Source: Lingula anatina (Eukaryota > Animalia > Brachiopoda). Taken from it: a stretch of DNA of 64,000 nucleotides. A program made the position numbers and the translations under genes. Of the stretch, positions 52,102 to 64,000 are shown piece by piece. Under the pieces are notes generated by a model. That model was not told the DNA's origin. It saw nothing but the letters and a program-made list of their open reading frames with translations, and did no database searches. Where the stretch lies: NCBI GenBank assembly GCA_051362555.1, contig CM120640.1, positions 60,490,788 to 60,554,787 of the forward strand, given 5' to 3'. Position 1 is the stretch's first letter, and every line of letters starts with the position of its first letter.

Positions 52102-52403
52102 CTAGGTATGGGAACTTAGTCTAATGCTTGATACACATTTTACTTTCATCCTAATCCAATGTTATGCAGAATAAGAATTTGATGTTGGCTATGCAGTTAC
52201 AGTAAGCATAATACATTAGTTCATCAGAATTGACAGTATCCTATTTCCTGCGTTTTTATTTTCTGGTTTTTGTCTGTACATTTGACAGCTTTGCTGCCTT
52301 GTTTAAGACCCACTAATTGTTGCCTCCATTACCTGGAAAAAAACTGATAGGATTTTGTAATAAAAAACACTAAAAAGTGTCCCATACAAGAAACCTACAC
52401 AGT

Positions 52404-52421
52404 TTTATTGTATCATTTATT
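52404..52421 (-). terminator. Candidate tandem polyadenylation signals of SMPDL3
   Basis: Two AATAAA on the minus strand (52404-52409, 52416-52421), ~2.4 kb after the stop codon. Confidence 0.4.
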
Positions 52422-54838
52422 GAGATTTTGATTTGTAAATCATCACTATTTTCATTTAAGAAGAGTTGATAACATCAATCACACACCCCTGAAGATTATA
52501 CAGATCCTGTTAACAAATCACACATACACACATATATATGTAAGAAGACCATTGGGATATAACAAAATTTTATTCTGTCAAAATATTCATAACATTAATT
52601 CAGAGACCATTTTTGAGATTTAGGTATTAAAAAACAAACAATCAATATCAGTATAAATGCTAATTTTCTATTATACAAACTTGCAAAGCTTAATTGAATC
52701 CTTAACTTGAAAATATCCTGTAACATAAATGCAAAGTTTGGACATCCTTTCTAAACTTTGGAATTACCATGTGAAGGGTTTTACACATATATATTCTTTG
52801 CATTTGGAATTTTGAGTAAAAATGCAGATTTTGGTCAGAGGTGGCAATTTCTTTATGTAATATGCTTAAGAAAAACAAATTATGGATATTGGAAAATATA
52901 ACAAAAATATTTAACACAAAATAAATAAATAAATAAATTTACAAACAACAAACTGTCACTTTATGGAATAAAATAGAGAAACCCAAATACTGTATCCCCA
53001 ATATAAGATCAGAAGTCTTCTAACATAAATATCCAGATAAAATTGAAAACATAAGATAACATTAGAAGTCCTAAGAGAGCCACTCTTTCCTATGTTACCA
53101 TCTTGACACGAGAAAACAGGGAAAATATTTTATATATGGGCCATATCACAGTACCCTTCCATCAATTATAGAATAAATTTTCCTCTTTTTGGTACAAACC
53201 AAATCCCAAAATATGCCCACCCCTTGGTATAGACAAAAATAGGAATTTTGTAAAACAAATCCCAACTAAATCTTATGATTTGAAACAACTTGTGAGAACT
53301 AAAATTTAACCTATGCAAAAAATAGAACCACCTTATTTGAGCAAGTGCTTACAACAAGTCATGGCCTGGGATACAGTGTACATGTAAACACAACCATGCA
53401 AACCTACATGTCCAGTGAAGCAGGCAAGTGTTTCACAGGGTATAGGCAGAAAATTAGCTTTTGTTGCTCCCTCTCTCCCCTGAGTTGGGTCCATTGATTA
53501 CATATAATAGTTACAAGATGGATATATTTGAATTGTATATTTTATGTGAATTAACAGTAATATTGCTACTCTACTGAATGTGTTTAACACCATGAACATA
53601 AAAGAGAACAACAGGAAAATTCTAGAAGTGATCATTATTTTTTCAGGACGTGTGATAACTTGCTAGAACTCAACATTAAAGATATATTATGTCAATAAGG
53701 ACCAAATATATCATTTCTTGATTTGAGAAAAGAAAATCTTTACAATCCAAAGAGAAACTTAAATTATAAATTTTCTCCTTGTTACAATTACAATAACTTT
53801 GCAATAAGAAAAAAGACTCATAACAATCACCTCTAATTACAAATAACAAAATTAGTAATTTAAATATTATGTAATCCAAAATGAACACTTTTTTTCAATT
53901 CATCAATAATGACAGTCATGCACCATTTTCCATAGTACACAGCCATGAATTTGCCAAAAGATCAGCATGCACTGACTCATACACCTCATGATTTCATGAC
54001 ACACAACAACACTCAAACTTTGATTTCCTTGGGTATCTAGGGCAGTCTACAATATCAGGTATATCTCCTGTATGCATATCTTGGCAAGATAGAGTAACAA
54101 GTGATACTTGTATTGCATTGGCTGTCCAAAACAATATAAAATAAAATAATAATTAAAACACATTTTACAATGTAACAAAGAATTCTCCTCAAGTTTTTTT
54201 TTACTAAACCCGGGTTTAAATAATAATAATGATAATAAGTTGGCTCAAATGCAGTAATTAAAGAACAAAATGGGGAGCCAAGTATCATTTCCCACCTGAG
54301 CAGCTTTGACTAATTTTTATCAAAGCAAGGTTTCTTTGCCATATGCTTAAATTTTTTAACTGCAAATATACTTGTGCTTGTGCAACTATCAATAAACAGG
54401 AAGACAATGAACCACTCCTGCAGTCCCAGACTGATCATATTAATGAAAGGAAATAGACAGAAACAGTATAGAGGATCACAACTTATCAAAATCCCCAACA
54501 GTTATTGTAATTGTGTACAATGGCTTTTTAACCACCATCCCTTTTAAATAATTAGTGCATCCCAATTTTTCAATGTAAGACAGAAATTAATCCTACACAG
54601 GAAACTTTACAAGCAGGTTTTATGCTGAAAATATTTTGAACGTCACTCATACTATTACAGAATGGACATCCTAGGATTCAGAATTTACTGGCAACTTACA
54701 TCACAACTAATGCTTTTGCTGAGAGGGAAACAGTCACATTCAGTTTTCTGAAACAAGTGATGATCCTGTACCTTGTATTTTAATTATTGCACCTCATAGA
54801 TGTCATGCACAGTCCTACTTTAAATGAACACTGCTGTG

Positions 54839-57800
54839 CTAGTCATGAGGGACTGGGCTGTTGGGGACACTACTATCATAGCCTTCAGAATTCACACGGC
54901 AGTATCTTGACCGTGACCTTGATCTAGATTTAGATGATCTTAATCTAGATTTAGAAGAATGACGCATTCTTGGCACATGTCCCCTAAAAGTAACTGGTGC
55001 TGTGCCAGTGTTTCTTAGACAAAGCAACACTATCAGAATAAAAATGGCTACCACAACCACAGCCATTGCTATAATGATGTACAGCATATATTTAGGAGCT
55101 TTACGATGGTGAGGATGCAGGGGCGGATGGGGAGGGTGCGGAGGCCATATGTCATCATCACCAACAGAGGTCATGTTTGCAAGGCACTTGTCATACTGTT
55201 CATAATCCACAGCGATGATTGCACACATGTGGTTCTTCTTACACTGCCCAGAGCAGGTGCTCTCAGGATCCACACTTACAGAGTTGTAAACATAGTACTT
55301 CTCAAACAGGCCCGAACCAGAGGCCTTAAGTTTGTTCACTAACTGCACCAGTGACATTGTTGTTACCTTATCTATGCTGTAGGCTTTGGTAGCCTGATAT
55401 TCCAAAGCCCACTTAGCCTTCTCTGCAGTGTTAGCAGCAGTGAGATTGAGGAAATATTGGAAGTAGTCCAGTACTTGCCCAGAGTTCCTGTCATAATGAT
55501 ATAGTCGTATGGATGGATTGTTGTAGCCAGCACCTGGTAGAGTGCTGTTCCAGGGGGTCACCGCTGGGCTCAGGAACATGCTGCCATATGGAGTTCCTGG
55601 AAGATCAAAAAATAATCATTACAATGTTTGTACTGCTTTGTCACAGAAACCAAATGATACATACATTTTCACGACTTAAAACTCTCCACTTTGTAAACAT
55701 AATCTAAACAGATTCTTATGATCAACAGTACATATCCAAATCTTTCACCTCTCTTTAGTACGTGAAAAACAACCCTAAAGTATATCTAAACTGACCATGT
55801 ACAAAAGTAAAACAACACATTTTCAAAACAATTATCATTAGTGATAGAGGAGAAAATTATAATCTAACAAAGAGGCTGGCTTTACAGCTGTACTCCACTT
55901 CAAAATACATAGCAATGCATAAAACCCAACCAAGGGAGTAGGATAACAACTCAACCTCACCATGTGCACCTATAGTTCTGAGCACCTCCCATTTCATGAA
56001 TTTCTACCAAGACAATCTTTTCCTTATTCTGATAAAATTTTTCTGTACGACTTTTGTGGCACATTAAGGTATGTGTTCATAGAAATATCTCACTTTCATA
56101 TCCACTAGTATAATATCTAAACTTCATTATGCCATCATAACTGACTTACCATTATCATCATATGTGACTCTAAACCCATCAGTGTGTTCATGGCCATAGA
56201 ACTGCCCTGTTATGAGGTCTTTGTACTCCTGAAGCATGGACAAGTAAGCTTTGTTGAAGTATGGGTAGAACCAAGAGATATTGGCCACCCTGCCAAACCT
56301 GCCTGGTGGGATGTGGGATGCTATGTACACCTGGAAATAGTCAGCAGGATTTAGAATACATTTGCATGGGAGTAATCTACTGTTATTAAGAAAATAGATG
56401 CAATTTATTAATATTATTATATTTTATGATACTAGCAGATAATAAGCATGACTATGACCAAACAAGCAATACATCAAATAACAAGGGTAATATATAATAA
56501 ACAAAGTTATAATACAGTGCACATATTGAAGCAATTAATATTGCAGTAAGTGAAATGTGAATAGTAACTATAAAGTGGTTAACCAGGGCAGTATAAAACA
56601 TAAACAGTGTAAACAGGAAAGGTTTTAGATAAAGATCTATGTCTCATCTTGTAAACATAAAGTACTGCTTATTCAAAGTTTTCTTGGGGTAATAATGTGA
56701 CATCACACAAAGCCTGTGACAAATGTGTAGGTAATAAGATTTTTTAGCAGATTTGAAGCTCCTGGACAGTACAGAAAATAATACCGCATTTTACCTTTAC
56801 TTACTGATCCAAACTGTACTACTAAACAAAAGTCAAATATCATTTACCTTTTCATTCCTGCTTTTAATTTGTTCCAGTGTTTGTCTGAGCCAGTCCAGTT
56901 GTCCAGCAGGATCTTTGATGCTACTGACCAACTTGTTACTGTGGTAATACAGTGGGCTGTTTAGGTTAATTAAGCTAAGACCCGCACACAGAATGTCAGT
57001 GTAGTACCCTCCTATGGGAAAAAAGTTCAGACAGACTAAACATTCAAGCAGGAGTACCACAAGAAATGAAACTTGTACCAACTCTCCTCCTGATAATAAT
57101 AATAAGCAGTCTGGTGATCAGACAACAATTGTTAATTCTACAAAAAATAAAAATTATACTTAATTTCACTAAGGCAGGCCATCATCTCCCAGCTGTATAA
57201 AGCACATCAATGACAATGCAATAGAAAGAGTGAAACCCAGTCTTATTATTACTCAAAACCTTAACTTGGAAGAACATGTAGCACTAATTTACACCAAAGC
57301 TAGTCAACAGATACACAATATCTCCAGAAAGGAGTTTATGTTGAGCTCTAATGATCATCACTATCTTGAACATGAAGGATTACTAAACCTCACTACAGTG
57401 TGCTCTGTTAAACCAAAATTATAACAGCTGTAGACAGACTATGACAGTTAAAAGTATCATTAATGGAATATCAAAGCAGAACTAGTGTCTGTATGTTTAT
57501 ACCCTACCTTACCTTTCAGAAATGTTTTCATGGCTCCTGTAGGCAGCAACTGATCCCATCTACTGATGTTGGCAATATTTTCATAGTACCTATCACCAGT
57601 GTGAGGAGACATTTGGTTGGACGGCCAGGGGTCATGGTTTCCAAATGTTGGATATATAGTAATGTTAGAGAATGTGTCACGAAGGAGAAGGGTTATATTG
57701 CCTATCACAGTGTATATCTTCCTGAGGTTCAGGTCAGAGTTAGGGATATGTGAAATGCTATCACTGAAATCATAATAATATTGCATTAAAGATAAATCAT

Positions 57801-59799
57801 GGTAAGGTCTGGCTACAAGGAACCAACAAAAATATGATCTTTAATTAACAAATCAAATCAAATATTAATCTTATTACTAGTTTGTTACAACTCTTTTATC
57901 ATTATTTTAATCTTTTTTTTTTGCTTCTATTGCATATATCAGATTTCAACATGCGAAAACTTAAAAATACAATTAGGCTTCGTTCACATGGAATGTCTAT
58001 TTTCTAAAAATCTATTTTCTATTCGCGCTATCTTATGATCACGGTCTGTGCCCTGAATATCCCGCCGCGTAATTACTGGCAGCCCGAGCCAGTAATTACG
58101 CCGCGGGATATTCAGGGCACAGACCGTGATCACAAGACATACCGCAAATAGAAAATAGAATTTAGAAAATAGACATTGCATGTGAATGAAGCCTTAGTCT
58201 GCTTTGGTTTTAATGGCCATAATATTAAATTATTGACAATTTCAATATCAACAAACAGAAAGGAATAATCTTTATTATCAAACATTATGCAAACCAAAAC
58301 AATTTAATCCATAAAAATAGCTGCTGAATCTCCTTACCCCGCCCTGAGCTTCAGAGATAACTTGACACTTACCTCTTCACTATAGCCTATCTTCATCGTG
58401 TCAAGTTACCTCTGACCACATTCGATTGCCTCCGCCGCCCGCCAATCAAATTTAAAGCCCGCACTCAATGACTCATTGAACGATCTAGCCAATGAACGCG
58501 AACGAGTCAAAGCGCGCTTTGTTCAAATCCGGACCAATTAAAGATAAGGCTGAATATCAGGGACTTGCCGTTACCTGTGGGCAGCACGCAAAATACATCA
58601 TCCCTTGGTAGATAATTATGCAGGGCATCAAACTGCTCTGGTTTCAATTCCGATATACTCCATGCTTTCTTTGTGTACGGTTATGCACTCGGAACTACTC
58701 GGATGTCTCCGCACTCGACAATAACTATGTTGTTAGTATGGAGCTTGCGGAATCAGCCGAGGATTGCCGATTGACGGTCAACCAATCAGCGTTTTCACCA
58801 AACTTTGGTGAAAAATTTTGAAACATGGATTCGATTGGCTTATATAAACTAGGTCAAACTATTTTCGTCAGAGGTAACTTGACACGATGAAGATAGGCTA
58901 TAGTGAAGAGGTTAGTGTCAAGTTATCTCTGAAGCTCAGGGTGCCTTACCCTGTCCATAGGATAAAATCTGGTTTTGGCTGTATCTGTTTCATTGCACTG
59001 ATAGCAGACTGTACCAGCTGCCAGGGAGAGTCACACTTGTAATCCCCATACTTCCCCATGACTGGGGACTCCAACAGTGAGGGTGCAGCATTATGGCACA
59101 TATCCAGGGGGTTGCCTGACACACTGTAGTTAGCATCATAGTGAAAATCTGTCACCTGCCAAAACTGACCTATAGAGTCAAAACAGAAATCTAAATATAA
59201 ATGAGTAAGGTGAAAGTAGCCTAAATAGACATAATTATTATCACTTGCCTGTTGGCTGAAAACGGAAGCTTATATTTCCAGTAATAGTTATGAGGGAAGG
59301 AGTTGACATTTGGGAAGCAATAGCTAGGGGTCCTTACAATGGAAGGTCTGGATGCATGCTGCTTAAGTTACTGTTAGCAAAACTACAAAGAAAAAAAAAT
59401 CTGATTTCCAATTTAAGTCGAAAAAAAAATCCATGTCTGAGTAATACCTACTCCCAATTTAAGTACATCAATGATCAAGCTGGGAGGATCGATGCGTTAA
59501 ATATCAACTGTTGGTTGAAACAACTATAATCATTACATCATATCCTAGTTTCTGTCTCTTGTTCTCCCAAACATTTCTTTTCTTCATATTGAGACATATA
59601 AGACAGTAAAATAGAATAGAGTGAAAAGTACCTGGAGAGTGAAGGCTACAATGTATATACATGCATTTTAATGCATTAAAAGGCTATGTTAGTAAATACG
59701 TCAGGTAAATGAAGGCTTACCTATCGATACAGGCGTTGTTATCGCCCTCTCAAACAGGAAAAACACAACTGCACAACAAATCCAAGTAACACTGCCCAT
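54839..59799 (-). CDS. SMPDL3: Acid sphingomyelinase-like phosphodiesterase (SMPDL3A/B family), 6 coding exons, 550 aa, with signal peptide and C-terminal TM segment
   Basis: Exons 59799-59721, 59169-58950, 57763-57513, 57011-56848, 56330-56150, 55596-54839. GT-AG introns, phases consistent, total 1653 nt. Metallophosphoesterase motifs TDFHYD, WTGD, GNHD, SHIPPG and GHEHTD, plus family motifs YGDYKCDSPW, PAVTPW and NNPSIRLY. No saposin domain. Confidence 0.93.
57976..58193. mobile_element. Fully palindromic MITE, copy 2, with TTA target duplication, in SMPDL3 intron 2
   Basis: GGC...GCC termini with TTA at 57973-57975 and 58194-58196. Same sequence as 7908-8163 but with a shorter centre. Confidence 0.9.
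58340..58943. mobile_element. 604-bp non-autonomous TIR element with ~77-bp TIRs and 8-bp TSD (hAT/P-type duplication length)
   Basis: C(G/A)CCCTGAGCTTCAGAGATAACTTGACAC...TCTGAC is mirrored at 58867-58943. CCTTACCC is duplicated at 58332-58339 and 58944-58951. Confidence 0.9.
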
Positions 59800-62640
59800 T
59801 CTTTTAACTGAAAAATTACATTTTAAGTAAAAATATTAAACTTCACACAAACTGAGCTGCAAGGGAGTTCTGCCATTTCCTATATTTTTAAATCTTCTTT
59901 GGCAAAAGAGCTAGGCCTGATAATGACGGTCAAACAATTACGTAAAGGGCACTAGCAAGGTATTTAGTGGTAGGAGAAAAGCTTGTGTACTTTTTTGCCT
60001 GAGGAAATGCAAATCAAGTAGATACAGTGTACCCACTGTCTTGAGAAATGTTAAAACTGCGGATTAATAAAATTCTTTAAAGTCATTTTACTCACCTAAT
60101 AAAAAGAATAAGAGAGACAACAAACAAACATGTCTGAATTTTTACTTATATAACAAATGTTTTTTCCCGAAAAATAAAAAGCTTGGTTCAATTCAACAAG
60201 GACTCTTTTGGACTTTTTCAATAATTCTACCTAACAACAAACATTCCATAAATTTTTGGCGGAATCAAGAAGTAAAATTAAAAAAAAAAAGTATGAAAGA
60301 AATAAAAACAAGAACTGCTTCACTAGATCTTTATTATATCATGTTGTACATGCATAAAACTGTAAAGATAACTGTGTGCCTAGATCATTATACACATTTT
60401 TACACTCCTACAATGTATTCATCCTCCTATATTATCTATCTATCTTTATATATATTTATATACGTTTGCTATCAAAGTACTTTACATATGGGAAAGGGTG
60501 ATCAGAGGGTAAATAATGATGTCTGTCTAATGGTGGCACCTGGAGGAATAAATTTAATCAATAAATAAAATACAGCTAGAGAAGAGAAGGAATGAAACCG
60601 AGAATTTTACAGATTAAGGAGAATGTAATTGATTTGTGTTTCCTTTAAGAAATAACATGCCAAATTTCAAATGTATGACTGTGTTACCATCAAGTTGGTC
60701 CCAGCATGTTTAATAATATCATCCAAACCATGCTTACAAATCTTGCTTAACACTACGGTGCAACAGAATGAAAACTGATATTTAATACAGGTAGAGACAG
60801 AAAAAAAGCAGTCTAGAAAAAGCCTTTTAAACCTTTAAACTCTGGAAAGAAAAATAAAACTGAAGTGCTGATAAATCACGCTGACCGGCATGCAAGACAA
60901 AAATCACAGAAAGTAATTGCACAACAAATTACAGAGTTTACAAAGTACCATGCGCCTAACATACATACTCTCTCATTCTATTGGTCATTTTTATTCTTCT
61001 GGTATGGACAATGTGCCTCTACACCAGAGCATAAATATCACCCATCATCATTGACTCTAGCACACGAAACAAAAAATACAACTGGAACAAAAGGAAATGA
61101 TACATAAATTCTAGGCAGAATAATAAAATAGCATGCACCCAAACATACATATGAAATAACACTTGATTGAAAGCTTACCTAAACCAGACACATAGTGTCT
61201 GTCTATAAAAATTCTAATTGCTGTAATGGTAAAATAACAAGTGCATGACCAGTTAATGATAATTTCCACAGCAAACTCATTAATAAGTCAATTTAAGTAG
61301 CATAAAATATCTAATTAATATAAATAGTTCAAATCCTCTCTTGATAGATACATGAATATTTTCTTCAGAATGGCAAAAGTTGAAGAGGGGTACAGAATAC
61401 TGATACCCTTGGCTATAAAGAACCGATGGATTCAAGAATTTATAAGATGTCCATTGTATGTGTTGCAAGAAGTACCATGCAACACCAGATTTTTTCAATT
61501 GACACAAGAGGACATAAAACATTATCCTAGACTCCTTGGTACCAGCACATTTGGCACAGAGGCCCCGCATCCCAGAAAACCTGGGATAAAGACAAGAAAC
61601 AGTCACTTGAGCGACCAGCACCAATTGTTTTTGCATAAAATATCAAAACAAGACCAAATTACAGTTATATTTCTAATCATTACATACCCCACCTTAGCAA
61701 CAAAATAAAATGGTTGCTAAATCCCTTCCCTTACCTCAACCACTATATTTACCATGTCCACTGTCTATATACATGGTGTAAACCAACACACCCAACTATA
61801 TACAGATGATGTGAGCATACCGGAGCATACCTTAATGTTACGTTAGGCATTTTTTATCACATCATTAAGATCATTTATATTAATACCCTGAAGTACGTCC
61901 AACTACCAATAGCACCAATTTTTAAAAAACATTTAATGTCCAAATTGAACAGTCATACATCAGTCTGTAATTGTTGAAATACTGTTTGTTCCTTCCATAA
62001 AATGTGTCAACCTTCAGACTCTGTTCTTGGCCCAAATATCAATACCTTCACCAAGTTATTTGATTATATTTTTTCAAAGATATAGAAGCTGAATAATTTA
62101 ATCACATTTTTTACATGCTGAGCTTAATACTTTCATGTAGATTTAACTATGGCAAAGGTATCCATTAGCCATTTCATGTCTAATACTATAACTATTACCA
62201 GAATGAAATGCAGATTTTTCATCTTTCATAAATGTGCATAGATGTGACATAATGACAGTCAATTTGTGTCAATCTGCTGCATATCTATGTTCTATTTTGT
62301 TACACTTTGCTACAACATAATGCACTTCATACAACATTGCACCATAATGATTGACTTTTATTTTAGTTTTTTCATTATCATTCATGCTCCAGAAAAGCTC
62401 GAGTCTTGTTCTGCTGCCGAGACCAACATGGTTTCCTGACAATTGAAATACTTGCAGGCAGCTAGGGACAAGTATAACTAAGTATCTCAGTACGGGACTT
62501 ATATAACAATATCTTGATTTGCATGATACTCTGATAATTTTTCCCTTTTGTTGTTAAAAGAATATTACACATTAAATTAAATTTAGCCTTTTTTATGCAG
62601 TCAATGAAAACCTTCATGTAGCAATAGGTGACCATATAGA

Positions 62641-64000
62641 CTATGAAATCCTGCAATCATATCCTGAATTTTGTTCTTGTTCCTTGGCCAGCTCTTCAAC
62701 AAGCCTCTCCTCCTCCTCTTCATCTTCTTCTTCCACCAATTTATTGTTCATGTTGTCATGGGAACCATCACCAGGCCTTGGGGTGTCTTTCTCAACTGAG
62801 CTGCTGCGTGATCTTGGTGTGGACAGCCTCGAGTTGGGAGGGTTTTGTTCAACTATTTTCTGCAAAGTCTGTATTTGGCCACGTATTGCACTAAAGAACG
62901 GCTTATAGCCCATGCTAAAATAAAAAGTATGGGGATGTTCTGTTGATTTTCATGCTACAAGTACTCATAATCAGTTTTCTTTATATTATGAATTACTGTC
63001 ATGATGTATATTTTAGAAATTTTTGTGCAAATTGCACACAAAATTGATAACTGGTTTAAAAGCAAAATCTTAGACTAAAGTAGATTTTTGTTTCTTTATA
63101 ATTAGGGATTAATAAAAAACATCCCAATCTTCCCTAAAATCTGAATCTTTTTTATTATTTAATACCAAGCAACTTACCACTCTGTGTCTGCCCACATTTC
63201 CAGGTATGAGAGTCCCTCCCTCATCCTGCCTACTATTTCTATCTGTGTGTCAGTAAAGCTGGCCGTGTTCACAGTCCTCACCACTGCCATCACATCCCGC
63301 AGCAGGATGGAGATTAGGAGTGACCACTCCAGGCACCCGGCCTCAATCATTATGTGTAACAGGTACCTTAAATATAACAAGACTTGGTATGAAACTTTAT
63401 ATTAACTCTACATGCCTAAGAAGCACAAGTCAGTTAAAATAATGAGAAAATGAGTGAATTTGATACTGAGTGGGATACTACATTAATGATAATGTAACTA
63501 ACATGGCTTCCACATATCTTAAATAAAACCAATGAATCACCTGAGCTGCAGTTCTGCCTGTGCCGGACCCTTATTGGCAAGTTCATGACAAAGCAACTCT
63601 AGTTCTGCAGCCTCCAAACAGTAACTTTGATCCATACTTGTGCTTTCTCCAAAGTCATCAGACATCTCAGTGGCAGCAAGACTAGTATCATCTACAAGTC
63701 ATTAAACATAAATGCAGTGGTATGTCTAACATCATCATCATCATCATCTAACTGATGCCAAATAAAAGTACTCATATTTATGTGATCTATAAAATGATAT
63801 TCACATTATCCATAAATTTATTGAAGAGTCTAGCATTACAGGTATAATTTACCTCTACTTGACTGTATGTGTAGTTTGGGTTGTAGTAAGACATAGCTGC
63901 CTGCCATTGGAGAGTCAGGTGTGGCAGCTGGAGAGATTACTGGGGTGCTACTGCTCAGGTAGCCACTGTCCTTCACAGACATGTTTTTGGCTCCTTCTTC
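62641..64000 (-). CDS. RIC1: RIC1 (RAB6A GEF complex partner), last four coding exons; 5' part outside the window
   Basis: Exons 64000-63853, 63691-63541, 63366-63178, 62914-62641 are in consistent phase. Peptides KGPAQAELQLRYLLHIMIEAGCLEW, WADTECMGYKPFF and terminal YDCRIS match the RIC1 C-terminus as I recall it (QLRYLLHIFMEAGCLDW, WASTDCPGYKPFL, YDCSVS). Confidence 0.9.

Larger units (their letters stand above)
46673..52304 (+). mobile_element. Non-autonomous Helentron/HINE (DINE-1/pearl-like) element with internal 161-bp tandem array
   Basis: 5' end has a T-run, ATGTACAGACA and its local inverse, then a (GTC/GCC)n microsatellite. 161-bp units start at 46771, 46932, 47093 and 47254, and again at ~50268-50720. 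3' end has the matching subterminal repeat TGTCTGTACAT (52271-52281), a hairpin GACAGCtttGCTGCC, and TTGTTT. Confidence 0.8.

Noticed and set aside
61280-61708. Two overlapping 118-aa ORFs
   Set aside because: No recognisable motifs or convincing splice context; probably chance ORFs in the RIC1 3' region.

Overview
AT-rich, intron-containing animal genomic DNA. The repeat types and the mosaic CpG pattern suggest a mollusc-like lophotrochozoan (inference). Five protein-coding genes were assembled by hand from splice signals and reading-frame phase: (1) a 10-exon bestrophin (minus, 7194-17480, 649 aa); (2) an unannotated plus-strand gene (21974-43155, ~220 aa) encoding a disordered, CaaX-terminated protein rich in short linear motifs, with candidate alternative first exons; (3) a GT31 beta-1,3-galactosyltransferase with a single coding exon, nested antisense in an intron of gene 2 (24764-25846); (4) a 6-exon SMPDL3/acid-sphingomyelinase-like phosphodiesterase with an unusual C-terminal TM helix and RS-rich tail (minus, 54839-59799, 550 aa); (5) the last four coding exons of RIC1 (minus, 62641-64000). 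Between and inside these genes are many non-autonomous elements: a 5.6 kb Helentron/HINE-like element with a 161-bp array and nested insertions, several MITEs, a LINE 3' remnant, and a TIR element whose 8-bp target duplication copies an SMPDL3 splice donor. All gene models come from manual reading and no database search was run. No prokaryotic system, CRISPR array, tRNA or rRNA was seen.
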